Shown: in pieces, positions 18,588 through 28,544 of the stretch | How the letters are laid out: every line of letters starts with the position of its first letter | How positions within the stretch are numbered: the stretch's first letter is position 1 | NCBI GenBank assembly: GCA_016197155.1 | Contig: JACPWF010000015.1 | Span: 8,157-72,156 of the forward strand | Direction: 5' to 3' | DNA: 64,000 nucleotides | Origin: Candidatus Omnitrophota bacterium | GTDB taxonomy: Bacteria > Omnitrophota > Gorgyraeia > 2-02-FULL-51-18 | Translations under genes and position numbers: made by a program | Notes under the pieces: generated by a model | What the model was told of the DNA's origin: nothing | Seen by the model: the letters and a program-made list of their open reading frames with translations, nothing else | Database searches by the model: none

Positions 18588-20582
18588 ATGGATTCCCTTT
18601 TCGCCGATGTGGCGCTCGGCATCCCTTCACGCGGAACTTTTCAATACGCCGTTCCCCCCGCCTTCGCCGAAAAAATAAAACCCGGCTGTCGCGTCTGGGT
18701 GAATGTCCGCGCCCGCCGCTTGGTCGGCACCGTCACGGCCCTTTCGCCTGAAAAAGTGATCGAGGATCCGAAACCCATCGAGGGCCTGATCGATGAGACG
18801 CCCGTTTTGGACGCGCCGCTTTTGGCGCTCACGCGCTGGATGGCCGAGTATTATTTTTGCTCGTGGGGACAGGCCATCGAAGCGGCCCTGCCCGCGCCCT
18901 TCAAGAAAGGCAAATTTTTAATGAAGAGCCGCGCCAAAAAAATAGCAAATGGCGTCGAGAGCGTCGACCCGCTGAACCATCCGCTGACAGCGGACCAGGA
19001 AAATGCCTTCCGTGAAATCATGGAAAAAATAAATAAAAAAGAAGCCGGATTTTTCCTGCTCCACGGCATCACCGGCAGCGGCAAAACGGAGATTTACATG
19101 CAGGTGATCGGCGAACTCCTAAAGGCCGGGCGGGGGAGCATTGTGCTGGTGCCCGAGATTTCTTTGACTCCGCAGGCGGTCGAGCGTTTTCATTCGCGAT
19201 TTGGGGACGGCCTGGCCGTCATCCACAGCCGGCTTTCGCAAGGGCATCGCGTCGAGGAATGGCACCGCATCAAAAAAGGAGAGGCCCGAGTCGTCGTCGG
19301 CGCGCGCTCGGCCCTTTTCAGCCCCGTCCAGCGTCTGGGTCTCATCGTGATCGACGAGGAGCACGACACGTCCTACAAGCAGGAGGAAACGCCGCGCTAC
19401 CAGGCGCGGACCGTGGCGGCCGAGCGCGCGCGCCTCGAGCGGGCCGTGCTCCTCATGGGCAGTGCCACGCCGTCGCTTGAAACGTATTTCGCCTCGCTTC
19501 ACAAAGACACGCGCCGGCTTTTTTTGCCCGAGCGCATTCAGAAACGGCCCCTGCCGGTCGTGCAGGTCGTGGACATGCGCCGCGAGCCCGCCGCCAAGGG
19601 GGAAAAAATTTTTTCGAGGGCCCTTGAGGAGGCGGTCAAAAATTCATTAAAGAAAAAAGAACAGGTGATGCTCTTTTTGAACCGCCGCGGATTTTCAACG
19701 CATCTCCACTGCGCCTCGTGCGGGTACGTGATGACCTGCCCCAACTGCCGCGTGAGCCTGGCGTATCATTTTGACAAGGGGGCGCTTTATTGCCACGCGT
19801 GCGGCTACCGGACGCCGCCGATCCGCCTGTGCCCGGGTTGTCAAAAAAATTATCTGCACTACTTCGGCGCGGGCACCCAAAAAGTGGAGGAAGAGGCGCG
19901 CCGGTTGTTTCCGGAGGCGCGCCTGGCGCGCATGGACACGGACTCCACGTCGCGCAAGGACGCGCACGAAACAATTTTAAAAAAATTTAAAAAACGCGAG
20001 GTCGATCTGTTGATCGGCACGCAGATGATCGCCAAAGGCCACGATTTTCCGAACGTGTCGCTCATCGGCGTCATCTCGGCGGACACGGCCCTTCACATCC
20101 CCGACTTCCGGGCCGCGGAGAGAACGTTTAATCTGCTCACGCAGGTGGCGGGCCGCGCCGGGAGGGGCGCCATTCCCGGAAAGGTGATCGTTCAAACGCA
20201 CCTGCCGAGCCATTACGCGATCGAGAGCGCCAAAGACCACGACTACGAAAAATTTTATTCGAAGGAAATTATTTTTAGAAAAGAACTCGGGATGCCGCCG
20301 TATTCTCATTTGATCCAGATCGTGATGAGCGGCGGCACGGAAAAAGAGGTGGTGCGCCAGATCCTCCTTTTTGCAAAATTCCTCAAAGAAAGGCTGGAAA
20401 AACGTGGCGTCTCCCTCATGGGCCCGGCGCCGTGCGTGGCCTCCAAGCTCGCGGGCCGCTTCCGCTGGAATGTTTATTTGAAGGGAAACTCGATCGAGGA
20501 GATGGTCCCTCTTTTAAGGGAATCCCTCGGCGAATTTAAAAGAACCCAGGTCGCGCTCACGGTGAATGTAGACCCTCAATAG
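18588..20582 (+). CDS. priA: Primosomal protein N'
   Basis: GITGSGKT, DEEH, SATP, four CxxC pairs and QVAGRAGR. Confidence 0.96.
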   Translation: MDSLFADVALGIPSRGTFQYAVPPAFAEKIKPGCRVWVNVRARRLVGTVTALSPEKVIEDPKPIEGLIDETPVLDAPLLALTRWMAEYYFCSWGQAIEAALPAPFKKGKFLMKSRAKKIANGVESVDPLNHPLTADQENAFREIMEKINKKEAGFFLLHGITGSGKTEIYMQVIGELLKAGRGSIVLVPEISLTPQAVERFHSRFGDGLAVIHSRLSQGHRVEEWHRIKKGEARVVVGARSALFSPVQRLGLIVIDEEHDTSYKQEETPRYQARTVAAERARLERAVLLMGSATPSLETYFASLHKDTRRLFLPERIQKRPLPVVQVVDMRREPAAKGEKIFSRALEEAVKNSLKKKEQVMLFLNRRGFSTHLHCASCGYVMTCPNCRVSLAYHFDKGALYCHACGYRTPPIRLCPGCQKNYLHYFGAGTQKVEEEARRLFPEARLARMDTDSTSRKDAHETILKKFKKREVDLLIGTQMIAKGHDFPNVSLIGVISADTALHIPDFRAAERTFNLLTQVAGRAGRGAIPGKVIVQTHLPSHYAIESAKDHDYEKFYSKEIIFRKELGMPPYSHLIQIVMSGGTEKEVVRQILLFAKFLKERLEKRGVSLMGPAPCVASKLAGRFRWNVYLKGNSIEEMVPLLRESLGEFKRTQVALTVNVDPQ

Positions 20583-20597
20583 AGGATTTGCTATCAT
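20569..20597 (+). promoter_or_regulatory. Putative sigma70 promoter for def-fmt
   Basis: TAGACC-17 bp-TATCAT with an extended TG; GGAGG RBS precedes ATG 20621. Confidence 0.45.
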
Positions 20598-20620
20598 TGA
20601 ACGGTCCTGACGGAGGAAAA

Positions 20621-21109
20621 ATGGCGGTACTGCCGGTTGTCAAATTTCCGGACAAAATTCTAAAAACAAAAACGCTTGAGGTTTCCAAAATCACCGAGAC
20701 CGAGCGCGCGCTCGTGCGCGACATGATCGAGACCATGTACGCCGAAAAGGGCGTGGGGCTGGCGGCGAATCAGGTCGGGGTCTCGAGACAAATTTTTGTG
20801 GCCAGCCCCGACCAGGCGCGCGGGAGGGAGCTCGTTTTTTTTAATCCGAAGATTTTAAAGAAAGAGGGCGTCGTCAAGGAATTTGAAGGCTGTCTCAGCG
20901 TCCCGGAGTTTTACGAGCCGGTCCGGCGCGCGAAAAAAGTCTGGATCCGCGCGATGAATCTGGCGGGAAAGATCGTCGAGATGAAAGGGGAGGGGCTCCT
21001 GTCGCGGATCTTTCAGCACGAGATCGACCATTTGAACGGGATCCTTTTCATCGACCGCCTTGGATTTTTGAAAAGCCGCTCGGCCCGGAAAAAACTCGCG
21101 CGGAAATGA
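20621..21109 (+). CDS. def: Peptide deformylase
   Basis: GVGLAANQ, EGCLS and QHEIDH motifs. Confidence 0.96.
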   Translation: MAVLPVVKFPDKILKTKTLEVSKITETERALVRDMIETMYAEKGVGLAANQVGVSRQIFVASPDQARGRELVFFNPKILKKEGVVKEFEGCLSVPEFYEPVRRAKKVWIRAMNLAGKIVEMKGEGLLSRIFQHEIDHLNGILFIDRLGFLKSRSARKKLARK

Positions 21110-21744
21110 AAATTATTTTTTTTGGGACGGGCGCGTTTGGCCTGCCTTCGCTCGATGCGCTCAAGTCTTCAGGGCACCCGATTTTATCCATTGTCAGTTC
21201 CGCAGATAAACCCCAGGGGCGCAAGCTCGTTTTGAAAGCGTCTCCGGTGAAGGAGTGGGCGCTGGCGCACGGCGCGCCGTTTTTTGAATCCATTCAGGAA
21301 TTAAAACACCCCGCGGCGGACGCCTTTGTGGTGATCGATTACGGCGTCATTCTGCCGCAGGCGCTTCTGGATGTCCCGCGAGTGGCCCCGCTCAATGTCC
21401 ACGCCTCGCTCCTGCCCCGCCATCGCGGCGCCTCTCCCATTCACACCGCGCTTTTGAACGGCGACGCCGAGACCGGCGTCACCGTGATCCGGATGACCGC
21501 GCGGCTCGACGCGGGGGATATTCTGGTTCAAAAGAAAACCCCGATTTTACCCGCGGACGATATTTTTTCTCTGGAGAAAAAATTGGGCTTGCTCGGCGCC
21601 GGGGCCCTTTTGGAAACGCTTGATCAATTGGAGAAGGGCGCGGTCCGGCCGAAGGCTCAAAATGAACTCGAAGGGAAAAAGATTCTGCCGGCCGAGGAAT
21701 TTTTAAGAGGGTTTCCGCTCGCGCCCGGGGCGGTTTTTGAATAA
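21106..21744 (+). CDS. fmt: Methionyl-tRNA formyltransferase, apparently missing most of the C-terminal domain
   Basis: FFGT, NVHASLLPRHRGASPI and LDAGDI motifs. Only 212 aa: PKAQNE runs straight into the extreme C-terminal LEGKK...EEFLRG. Confidence 0.85.
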   Translation: MKIIFFGTGAFGLPSLDALKSSGHPILSIVSSADKPQGRKLVLKASPVKEWALAHGAPFFESIQELKHPAADAFVVIDYGVILPQALLDVPRVAPLNVHASLLPRHRGASPIHTALLNGDAETGVTVIRMTARLDAGDILVQKKTPILPADDIFSLEKKLGLLGAGALLETLDQLEKGAVRPKAQNELEGKKILPAEEFLRGFPLAPGAVFE

Positions 21745-23054
21745 TGGTCCTCCACTCCGTCGCCCCCCAAGAGCTCATCCGCGCGGATTACGAAGTTTTA
21801 AAATCCTACGAACACCTTGACACCACGCCGGAAATCGAGGACCTCCTTTTCATCCAATCGCTCGAAGGCCGCGCGCACAACGGCGCCGGCGTTTTCAACA
21901 AACGCACCTACGTCAATACCACCATCGACGATGTCGTGCGCGCGCTTGACCGCGATGCCGATACCCTGAAGGCCAGGCGCCAAGCGCTCATCGACGACAT
22001 CTCTGGTTTCGCGGCGGCCGTGATGCACCAGGAAAAAAGGGACCGGCTCGTCAATGAGGACGGGAAACCTTTTTTGGGGATCCGGTTTTTTGAGGAGCGG
22101 AAGGTGAACCCGCGTGACGTCCTGCGCGGCCTTTACATCGGCGGCCTGCGCGACAACCCGGAGATTCGCAAAGAAGCCGAGCGGATTTACCAGATAAAGA
22201 TCGGCGGCGGGCGTTGTTACATCATCGACGTGAAGACCATGCTTGAGATGGGCCTCGACGGCGAGCGGCTCGCGCACGAGGCGCATGAGGAAAAGATCAG
22301 TGAATACATGAAACGCGGCCTCATCGTCGAGACCGAAGGGGCCGTGGACCCGGCCCGCCAGCGTTATTTTTATATCCGCCACCGGCTCGGGCCCGGCCAA
22401 TCGGACGACGCGGCGTTCATCATGGCGGGGATTCTTTACAATGTGGACGTCGCGCTCGGCGTCCTGCTCGCGGACGCGATCGACACGCTCGAGAAGTACG
22501 CGCCGGTTTACCGCGACCAGGACGGGGGGCTGGCGTTTCAAATCGGGCGCGGGTTTAAAGACCTGGCGATCTCAATGGAGGACGTGTACGAATTGGTTTA
22601 TCTCTCGGCGATTCCGGAAATTGAAGAGCCCCTCGTGCCCGACAGTTCACTCCGTTATCTGTTGTCCATCGATCAGCGCTCCCAGCAGTGCGCGTTAAAA
22701 ACGCATCTGGATTTCATTCAGGGAAAACCCGTCGTGCCGCTGGCCGTGAGTTTCAAGCGGATCCTCTCGACTCAGTTTTACGAATACATCAACCGGCGCC
22801 TGGCGAGCGTGACGAAACTCAGCAAACTCGCCCTTCCGAATCTCTCGATCAGGGAACTCGACCGCCCGGCCGCGGAGATCGCCAAAAAAGATTTCGGCAT
22901 TGTCTCCAAAGACGCGACGCTCGCGGATGTCATTAAGACGCTCAAAGAAACCAAATGCGGGCTCATCGTGATCCAGGACAAAAGCAACAAAGTGATCGGC
23001 ACGATCAGCCCGGCCGACCTCCTTTTTTATTTGAATCACGCCGGAGACGCCTGA
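21744..23054 (+). CDS. Hypothetical protein with a C-terminal CBS-like domain
   Basis: 436 aa ORF coupled to fmt and galT. The C-terminus VSKDATLADVIK...IVIQD...VIGTISPADLL resembles a CBS domain. Confidence 0.75.
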   Translation: MVLHSVAPQELIRADYEVLKSYEHLDTTPEIEDLLFIQSLEGRAHNGAGVFNKRTYVNTTIDDVVRALDRDADTLKARRQALIDDISGFAAAVMHQEKRDRLVNEDGKPFLGIRFFEERKVNPRDVLRGLYIGGLRDNPEIRKEAERIYQIKIGGGRCYIIDVKTMLEMGLDGERLAHEAHEEKISEYMKRGLIVETEGAVDPARQRYFYIRHRLGPGQSDDAAFIMAGILYNVDVALGVLLADAIDTLEKYAPVYRDQDGGLAFQIGRGFKDLAISMEDVYELVYLSAIPEIEEPLVPDSSLRYLLSIDQRSQQCALKTHLDFIQGKPVVPLAVSFKRILSTQFYEYINRRLASVTKLSKLALPNLSIRELDRPAAEIAKKDFGIVSKDATLADVIKTLKETKCGLIVIQDKSNKVIGTISPADLLFYLNHAGDA

Positions 23055-24073
23055 TGCCGGAATTCCGTCACGACCCCGTCGTCGGGTACTGGACGATCAT
23101 TTCCACCGAGCGTTCCCGCCGGCCGGTGGAGTTCAGGCCCAGGGAACTGCCGGAGGAGCGCCGCTGTCCTTTTTGCGAGGGCCGCGAAGATGAGACCACT
23201 CCGGAGGCGTTCGCCATCCGTAAAATGGGCACGACTCCCGACGGGCCCGGCTGGGACGTGCGCGTCATCGTGAGCAAAATGCCTCTCCTGTCCGAATCGG
23301 GCCCGGCGGAGTCCTGCAGTCACGGCCTTTATGACCGGATGGACGGGATCGGCCGGCATGAGATCATCGTGGAAAGCCCGCGTCACGCCCACGACCTGGA
23401 TGAACTGGATCTTCCGGCGATCGAAAAAGTGATCCGGGCCTACGTGAACCGCCTGAACGCGTTTAAAAAAGACGAGTCGGTGAAATACGCGCTTCTTTTT
23501 AAAAATCACGGCCTGATTTCCGGATCGGTGCGCGACGTGATCCGCCATTCGCGCTCCCAACTCATCACCCTGCCAGTCATTCCCAAACGCGTGAAGGAGG
23601 AACTGGCTTCGACAAAGGCCTATTTTGAGAGAGAGGGGCGCTGTGTGTTCTGTGACATCCTGAAGCAGGAAAAAAATGAGGCCGCGCGGGTCGTTTCCGA
23701 AAACAAAACCTTTTTGGCTTTTTGCCCGTTCGCCTCGCGGTCGCCTTTTGAAATGTGGATCCTCCCCAAAGAGCACGAGGCCGATTTTGGTCAACTGCCT
23801 CCGAAGGATTTTCATGATTTCGCGCTCATTTTAAAGGAGTGCCTGATTAAACTTCACGATCTCCTGGAAGATCCGCCGTTCAATCTCGTTCTTCACACCG
23901 CGCCCTACCGCCACAAGACCGGGGACTATCACTGGTATCTGCAGATCGCTCCGCGCCTGACCAAAAACGCGGGATTTGAATGGGGGACGGGCATCCACAT
24001 CAATCCGACTCCGCCGGAAGACGCGGCCCTTTTGCTCCGCCAGACCAAGGTTCGCCATGCCCGAACTTCGTAA
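23054..24073 (+). CDS. GalT-like protein (HIT superfamily) with a degenerate catalytic motif
   Basis: PEFRHDP, CPFC, HEIIVESP, FKNHG, HWY and GFEWGTG present, but HSRSQ replaces HPHSQ. Confidence 0.85.
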   Translation: MPEFRHDPVVGYWTIISTERSRRPVEFRPRELPEERRCPFCEGREDETTPEAFAIRKMGTTPDGPGWDVRVIVSKMPLLSESGPAESCSHGLYDRMDGIGRHEIIVESPRHAHDLDELDLPAIEKVIRAYVNRLNAFKKDESVKYALLFKNHGLISGSVRDVIRHSRSQLITLPVIPKRVKEELASTKAYFEREGRCVFCDILKQEKNEAARVVSENKTFLAFCPFASRSPFEMWILPKEHEADFGQLPPKDFHDFALILKECLIKLHDLLEDPPFNLVLHTAPYRHKTGDYHWYLQIAPRLTKNAGFEWGTGIHINPTPPEDAALLLRQTKVRHARTS

Positions 24074-25049
24074 GGATCCCGTCACGGGCCGCTGGGTGAT
24101 CGTGAATATGGAAAACCCGAAGAAGGCCGGTGATTTCAGCGTCGAGCCGCGCGCGCGCTCGACGAAAATCTGCCCTTTCTGCCCGGGCCATGAGTCCATG
24201 ACCCCGCCGGAGATCATTTCCTACGGGCGGAAGGCCCCGGCCAAAAATACACCCGGCTGGCAGGTGCGCGTGATCGCCAATAAATTTCCGGCCCTCCGCA
24301 TCGAGGAGCCGACGGAGAAAAAGAAACTCGGCGTTTACGAGCGGATCGGGGGTTTTGGCGCGCACGAGGTCATCATTGAAAATCCCGACCATGAAAAAGA
24401 GATCGGTGATCTGACCCCGGCCGAGGCCGAGCTGATTCTGGCGGCTTATCGCGACCGGTGTCTGGACCTTCGCCGGGACGGGCGCTTTCAATACATTTTA
24501 ATTTTTAAAAACTACGGCGAGGCGGCGGGGGCGAGCCTCGAACATCCCCATTCCCAGCTCATCGGCCTGCCGATCGTCCCTTCGCGCGTCGCGGGGGAGC
24601 TGGAAGGCGGCGCGCGGCACCATGCGCGCGCGCGGCGCTGTATTTTTTGCGACATGCTCGCGCGCGAATCGACCGAGAAAAAACTCACGGTTTTTGAAAA
24701 CGCGGATTTTACGGCCTTTGAGCCTTTCGCGTCGCGCTTTCCGTTTGAGACCTGGATCCTGCCCCGCGCGCATGGGGCCGATTTCGACGCCGTGACGGAC
24801 GCCAAGATAAAAACCCTGGCCGAGGCCCTGCAGAAAACGCTCCAAAAGATCAGGGACGCGCTGAAGAACCCTTCCTATAATCTGATGATCCACACCCTCC
24901 CGATCCATGGCGGCCGGGCGGACAGTTTTCATTGGCACATCGAGATCATCCCGCACCTGACCCAGGTGGCCGGTTTTGAGCTGGGGACGGGCTTCTACGT
25001 GAACCCGACCCCGCCGGAGCTTGCCGCGGACATTCTTAAGAATCATTGA
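24057..25049 (+). CDS. galT: Galactose-1-phosphate uridylyltransferase family protein
   Basis: PELRKDP, CPFCPG, NKFPAL, GASLEHPHSQ, HWH and GFELGTG motifs. Confidence 0.9.
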   Translation: MPELRKDPVTGRWVIVNMENPKKAGDFSVEPRARSTKICPFCPGHESMTPPEIISYGRKAPAKNTPGWQVRVIANKFPALRIEEPTEKKKLGVYERIGGFGAHEVIIENPDHEKEIGDLTPAEAELILAAYRDRCLDLRRDGRFQYILIFKNYGEAAGASLEHPHSQLIGLPIVPSRVAGELEGGARHHARARRCIFCDMLARESTEKKLTVFENADFTAFEPFASRFPFETWILPRAHGADFDAVTDAKIKTLAEALQKTLQKIRDALKNPSYNLMIHTLPIHGGRADSFHWHIEIIPHLTQVAGFELGTGFYVNPTPPELAADILKNH

Positions 25050-25074
25050 AGCCACTCCTTAACGCTGTTATAAT
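25046..25074 (+). promoter_or_regulatory. Putative sigma70 promoter, near-leaderless
   Basis: TTGAAG-17 bp-TATAAT with an extended TG; ATG 9 nt downstream and no SD. Confidence 0.6.
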
Positions 25075-25083
25075 AAACCGTTT

Positions 25084-26052
25084 ATGAAAAATTTTTTGCT
25101 CAGAGTTTTCATCAGCGCCGCTTTTTTGGGCCTTCTTTTTTACCTGATCCGTGGCGACATCCCCGAGATTGCCCAGGTCCTCAAACGCCTGAATCGGCCG
25201 CTCTGCGCCGTTTCGGTTCTCATTTTTTTGAGTACGGCCGTGGTGCTGGCCCGGCGGCTCGAGCTCATCTTCGCGGCCAAGGACATTCGCCTGGGCCTGA
25301 GGGAGACGGTGAATCTCACCTTCGTCGGCTATTTTTTCAATAATTTCCTGCCGACCTCCGTGGGCGGCGACATCGTGAAGGCGATGTGCGTCTCGCGCCT
25401 CACGGGAAACGCCGTATCGTCGGTGACGTCGGTTCTCCTCGACCGCCTCTTCGGCCTTTTCACGTTCATTTTTATTCCGGGCCTCAGCTTTCTTTTTTTT
25501 CTGAAAGAGATCCGGAATCCCGCGGTGCCGGCGTTGATTTATTCGCTTTTGGCGTCCTCGCTTTTTTGCTTCGTCATCCTTTTTAACCGGGACCTCGCCA
25601 GGCGTTTTGGGTTCGTCGAGGTTCTTTTAAACCGGATCGGCATCGGCCCGAAGATCCGGAAAATTTATGACGAGATACACGGATTCCGCCATCACCGGGG
25701 CGTGATCGCCGAGGCCATGGCCCTGTCGGTGATCGGCCAGAGTGTCAGCATCGTCGCGCTTTATCTTTTGGCGCGGGCGCTGGGCGCCCAGGCGCCGATC
25801 CTTTATTTTTTTCTCCTGGTGCCGGTCGTCCACCTGGTCAGCATGCTGCCTTCTTTGAACGGCCTGGGGATCCGCGAAGGCGCGTACGTTTATTTTCTGA
25901 CGCCGGTGATCGGGCGCGAATACGCGGCGGCGATCAGCGTCCTGTGGCTGGGACTTTTATTTCTCCTCAGCGTCATCGGCGGGCTTATTTATTTTTTCAG
26001 GCATGACTATCACATCCGATTCACGTCACTCGGCAAGGAGGCGACCCCATGA
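25084..26052 (+). CDS. Lysylphosphatidylglycerol synthase TM / flippase-like membrane protein (UPF0104)
   Basis: [17 protein letters not shown] and GLGIREG motifs. Confidence 0.85.
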   Translation: MKNFLLRVFISAAFLGLLFYLIRGDIPEIAQVLKRLNRPLCAVSVLIFLSTAVVLARRLELIFAAKDIRLGLRETVNLTFVGYFFNNFLPTSVGGDIVKAMCVSRLTGNAVSSVTSVLLDRLFGLFTFIFIPGLSFLFFLKEIRNPAVPALIYSLLASSLFCFVILFNRDLARRFGFVEVLLNRIGIGPKIRKIYDEIHGFRHHRGVIAEAMALSVIGQSVSIVALYLLARALGAQAPILYFFLLVPVVHLVSMLPSLNGLGIREGAYVYFLTPVIGREYAAAISVLWLGLLFLLSVIGGLIYFFRHDYHIRFTSLGKEATP

Positions 26053-26480
26053 AAAAAATTCTCGTGATCCACGGGCCGAATCTGAATCTCTTGGGCGAGC
26101 GCGAGCCCGAGGTCTATGGGCGCGTGAGCATGAAAACCATTGACGCGGCGCTGAAAAAAATGGCGAAGGCGAACGGGGTGGCCGTTGAAATTTTTCAGTC
26201 CAATCACGAAGGCGAGATCGTCTCGAAGATCGGAGAGGCCAAACGCAAATTTGACGCGATCCTCATCAACCCCGCCGCTTACACGCACACGAGTGTCGCG
26301 ATCCGCGACGCCGTCGCGGCCGTCAAACTCCCGACCGTTGAGGTGCACCTCTCCAATATCTACGCCCGCGAGGCCTTCCGCCACGAGTCGCTCGTGGCCC
26401 CCGTGGCCACCGGCCAGATCTCGGGCTTCGGGGCGGCCAGTTACGAGCTGGGACTGCTGGCCCTCGTCAAACTTTTATGA
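26049..26480 (+). CDS. aroQ: Type II 3-dehydroquinate dehydratase
   Basis: [27 protein letters not shown] and EVHLSN motifs. Confidence 0.96.
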   Translation: MKKILVIHGPNLNLLGEREPEVYGRVSMKTIDAALKKMAKANGVAVEIFQSNHEGEIVSKIGEAKRKFDAILINPAAYTHTSVAIRDAVAAVKLPTVEVHLSNIYAREAFRHESLVAPVATGQISGFGAASYELGLLALVKLL

Positions 26481-27544
26481 CGCGGCTCCGCCTCCAAAAA
26501 CTTTTCGGGCTTTTCCCCAAAAATCAGATCGACGCGCTCCTGGTCAGTTCCTGGCCGAACGTCACCTATCTGAGCGGGTTTCGAAGCATGGAATCCTGGA
26601 TCGTCGTTTCGCCCGAAGGGCTTTATTTCGTCACGGATTCCCGCTATCTCGAGCAGGCGCGGAAGGAGGCCGGGGGGTTTAAAATTATTCTCCGCGATAA
26701 AAAAAATGTCGCCGAAATCGTTTCGGATCTGGCGAATGAAAAAAAATGGAAGACGATCGGATTTGAGGCGGGGATCGCAACGCACGCGTTTTATTTGAGC
26801 CTCGTGAAAACTCTCGGGGCCGGACGGTTGAAGGCCACCTTTGATTTGGCGGAATCATTAAGAATAATAAAAGACAGCTATGAGATTAAACTTCTCAAAA
26901 AATCGGCTGAAATCGCCGTGAAGGGCTTCCACTATATAAGGAAGGCCGTAAAACCGGGCATGACTGAGCGCGAGGCACAGGGAAAGCTCGAATATTTCAC
27001 AAAATCCATCGGCTCCGAAAAGCCGGCTTTTGAGTTGATTATCGCCGCCGGCGCGAGGTCCTCGATGCCGCATTGCCAAAGTAACCAAACCCGCATTCGA
27101 AACAATGACCTCGTCCTCGTCGACATGGGGGTGGTCCATGAGGGGTACCATTCGGATTTGACCCGCCCTGTTTTTTTAGGTAAAATGAGCGCTTTGCATC
27201 AAAAAATTCACGGCATCGTGTGGGAGGCCCAGCGCGCGGGGATTAAAAAGGCGGGGCCCGGCGTGCCGGCAAGCGAGGTAGACGCGGCCTGCCGAAATGT
27301 CATCCGAAAGGCGGGTTACGCGGAATATTTTGGGCACGGCACGGGCCACGGGGTGGGGCTCGAGATTCACGAAGCGCCCGGCGTGTCCGGCAAAAGCCGG
27401 ACCATTCTCAAGCCCGGCATGGTGATCACCGTCGAGCCCGGCATTTATCTTCCCGGAAAGTTTGGCGTCCGCATCGAGGACATGGTGCTCATCACCGAAA
27501 AGGGGCGCGAGGTTCTGACAGCCGGTTTGGAGAAGGAAAAATGA
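26477..27544 (+). CDS. Xaa-Pro aminopeptidase (M24B)
   Basis: TDSRY, DMG...[26 protein letters not shown] and GVRIED motifs. Confidence 0.93.
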   Translation: MTRLRLQKLFGLFPKNQIDALLVSSWPNVTYLSGFRSMESWIVVSPEGLYFVTDSRYLEQARKEAGGFKIILRDKKNVAEIVSDLANEKKWKTIGFEAGIATHAFYLSLVKTLGAGRLKATFDLAESLRIIKDSYEIKLLKKSAEIAVKGFHYIRKAVKPGMTEREAQGKLEYFTKSIGSEKPAFELIIAAGARSSMPHCQSNQTRIRNNDLVLVDMGVVHEGYHSDLTRPVFLGKMSALHQKIHGIVWEAQRAGIKKAGPGVPASEVDAACRNVIRKAGYAEYFGHGTGHGVGLEIHEAPGVSGKSRTILKPGMVITVEPGIYLPGKFGVRIEDMVLITEKGREVLTAGLEKEK

Positions 27545-27545
27545 G

Positions 27546-28109
27546 ATGTCCATGATCACGACAAGCCAATTCAAAGCGGGCGTCATCATCAAATACAATA
27601 ACGACCTCTGCGAGATCCTCGAATATCAGCTCGTCAAGATGCAACAGCGCCAGCCGATCGTCCGCACCAAACTCCGCAACATCAAAACCGGGAACGTCCT
27701 CGAGCAGGCTTTCCGCTCGGGCGACAAGTTCGAAGACGTGTATCTCGAGGACAAGCCCATTCAGTATCTCTATCACGACGCCGACAAATACCATTTCATG
27801 GATTCCGAATCCTACCACGAGGTGGTCGTGGGTTCGGCGATGCTGGGTGAAAAGGCCGATTTTTTGAAGGAAAATTCAGAGGCCACGGGGCGTTTCTCGG
27901 GCGACGAACTGATCTCCGTGGAACTGCCGGCCTCGGTGGTTTTGAAGGTCGCCGAAACCGAGCCGGGTGTCCGGGGAGACACGGCCAAAAGCGGCACCAA
28001 ACCCGCGAAGGTCGAGACGGGCGCGGTCATCAAAGTCCCGCTTTTCGTCAATCCCGGTGAGAATATCCGCGTCGACACGCGCACCGGTCAATACATCGAA
28101 AGGGCTTAA
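27546..28109 (+). CDS. efp: Elongation factor P
   Basis: YLY..., FMD..Y, TEPGVRGDTA, KPAKVETG, VPLF and DTRTG motifs; the tip loop is atypical (KMQQRQP). Confidence 0.95.
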   Translation: MSMITTSQFKAGVIIKYNNDLCEILEYQLVKMQQRQPIVRTKLRNIKTGNVLEQAFRSGDKFEDVYLEDKPIQYLYHDADKYHFMDSESYHEVVVGSAMLGEKADFLKENSEATGRFSGDELISVELPASVVLKVAETEPGVRGDTAKSGTKPAKVETGAVIKVPLFVNPGENIRVDTRTGQYIERA

Positions 28110-28112
28110 CGG

Positions 28113-28544
28113 GTGAATATTAAAGAGATTAAAGAAATGATTCAGCTCATGAATGAGAATAATCTTTCGGAGATTGAGCTCGAGAAAGAGGGGCTTAAAA
28201 TCCGTCTGAAAAAAGGATCGGGAGGCGTTGTCGAGGAAACCGCTGTTTCCGCCGAGCCCGCTTCCGCGCGCCCGTCTAAAGAGGCTCCGAAGCCGCCGCC
28301 CGCCGCGGCGAAGACCGCCGTCAAGTCGCCGATGGTCGGGACCTTTTACGCCGCGCCCGCTCCCGATGCCCCGCCATTCGTTCAGGCCGGTTCCGCCGTG
28401 GAAGTGGGGCAGGTGGTCTGCGTGATCGAGGCCATGAAGCTCATGAACGAGATCAAATCCGAAGTGCGCGGAAAGATCGCGGAGATCCTGGTTCACAACG
28501 GCGACCCGGTGGAGTTTGGCCAGCCTCTTTTTTTGCTCGAATAA
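28113..28544 (+). CDS. accB: Acetyl-CoA carboxylase biotin carboxyl carrier protein
   Basis: SPMVGTFY and EAMKLMNEI motifs. Confidence 0.96.
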   Translation: MNIKEIKEMIQLMNENNLSEIELEKEGLKIRLKKGSGGVVEETAVSAEPASARPSKEAPKPPPAAAKTAVKSPMVGTFYAAPAPDAPPFVQAGSAVEVGQVVCVIEAMKLMNEIKSEVRGKIAEILVHNGDPVEFGQPLFLLE

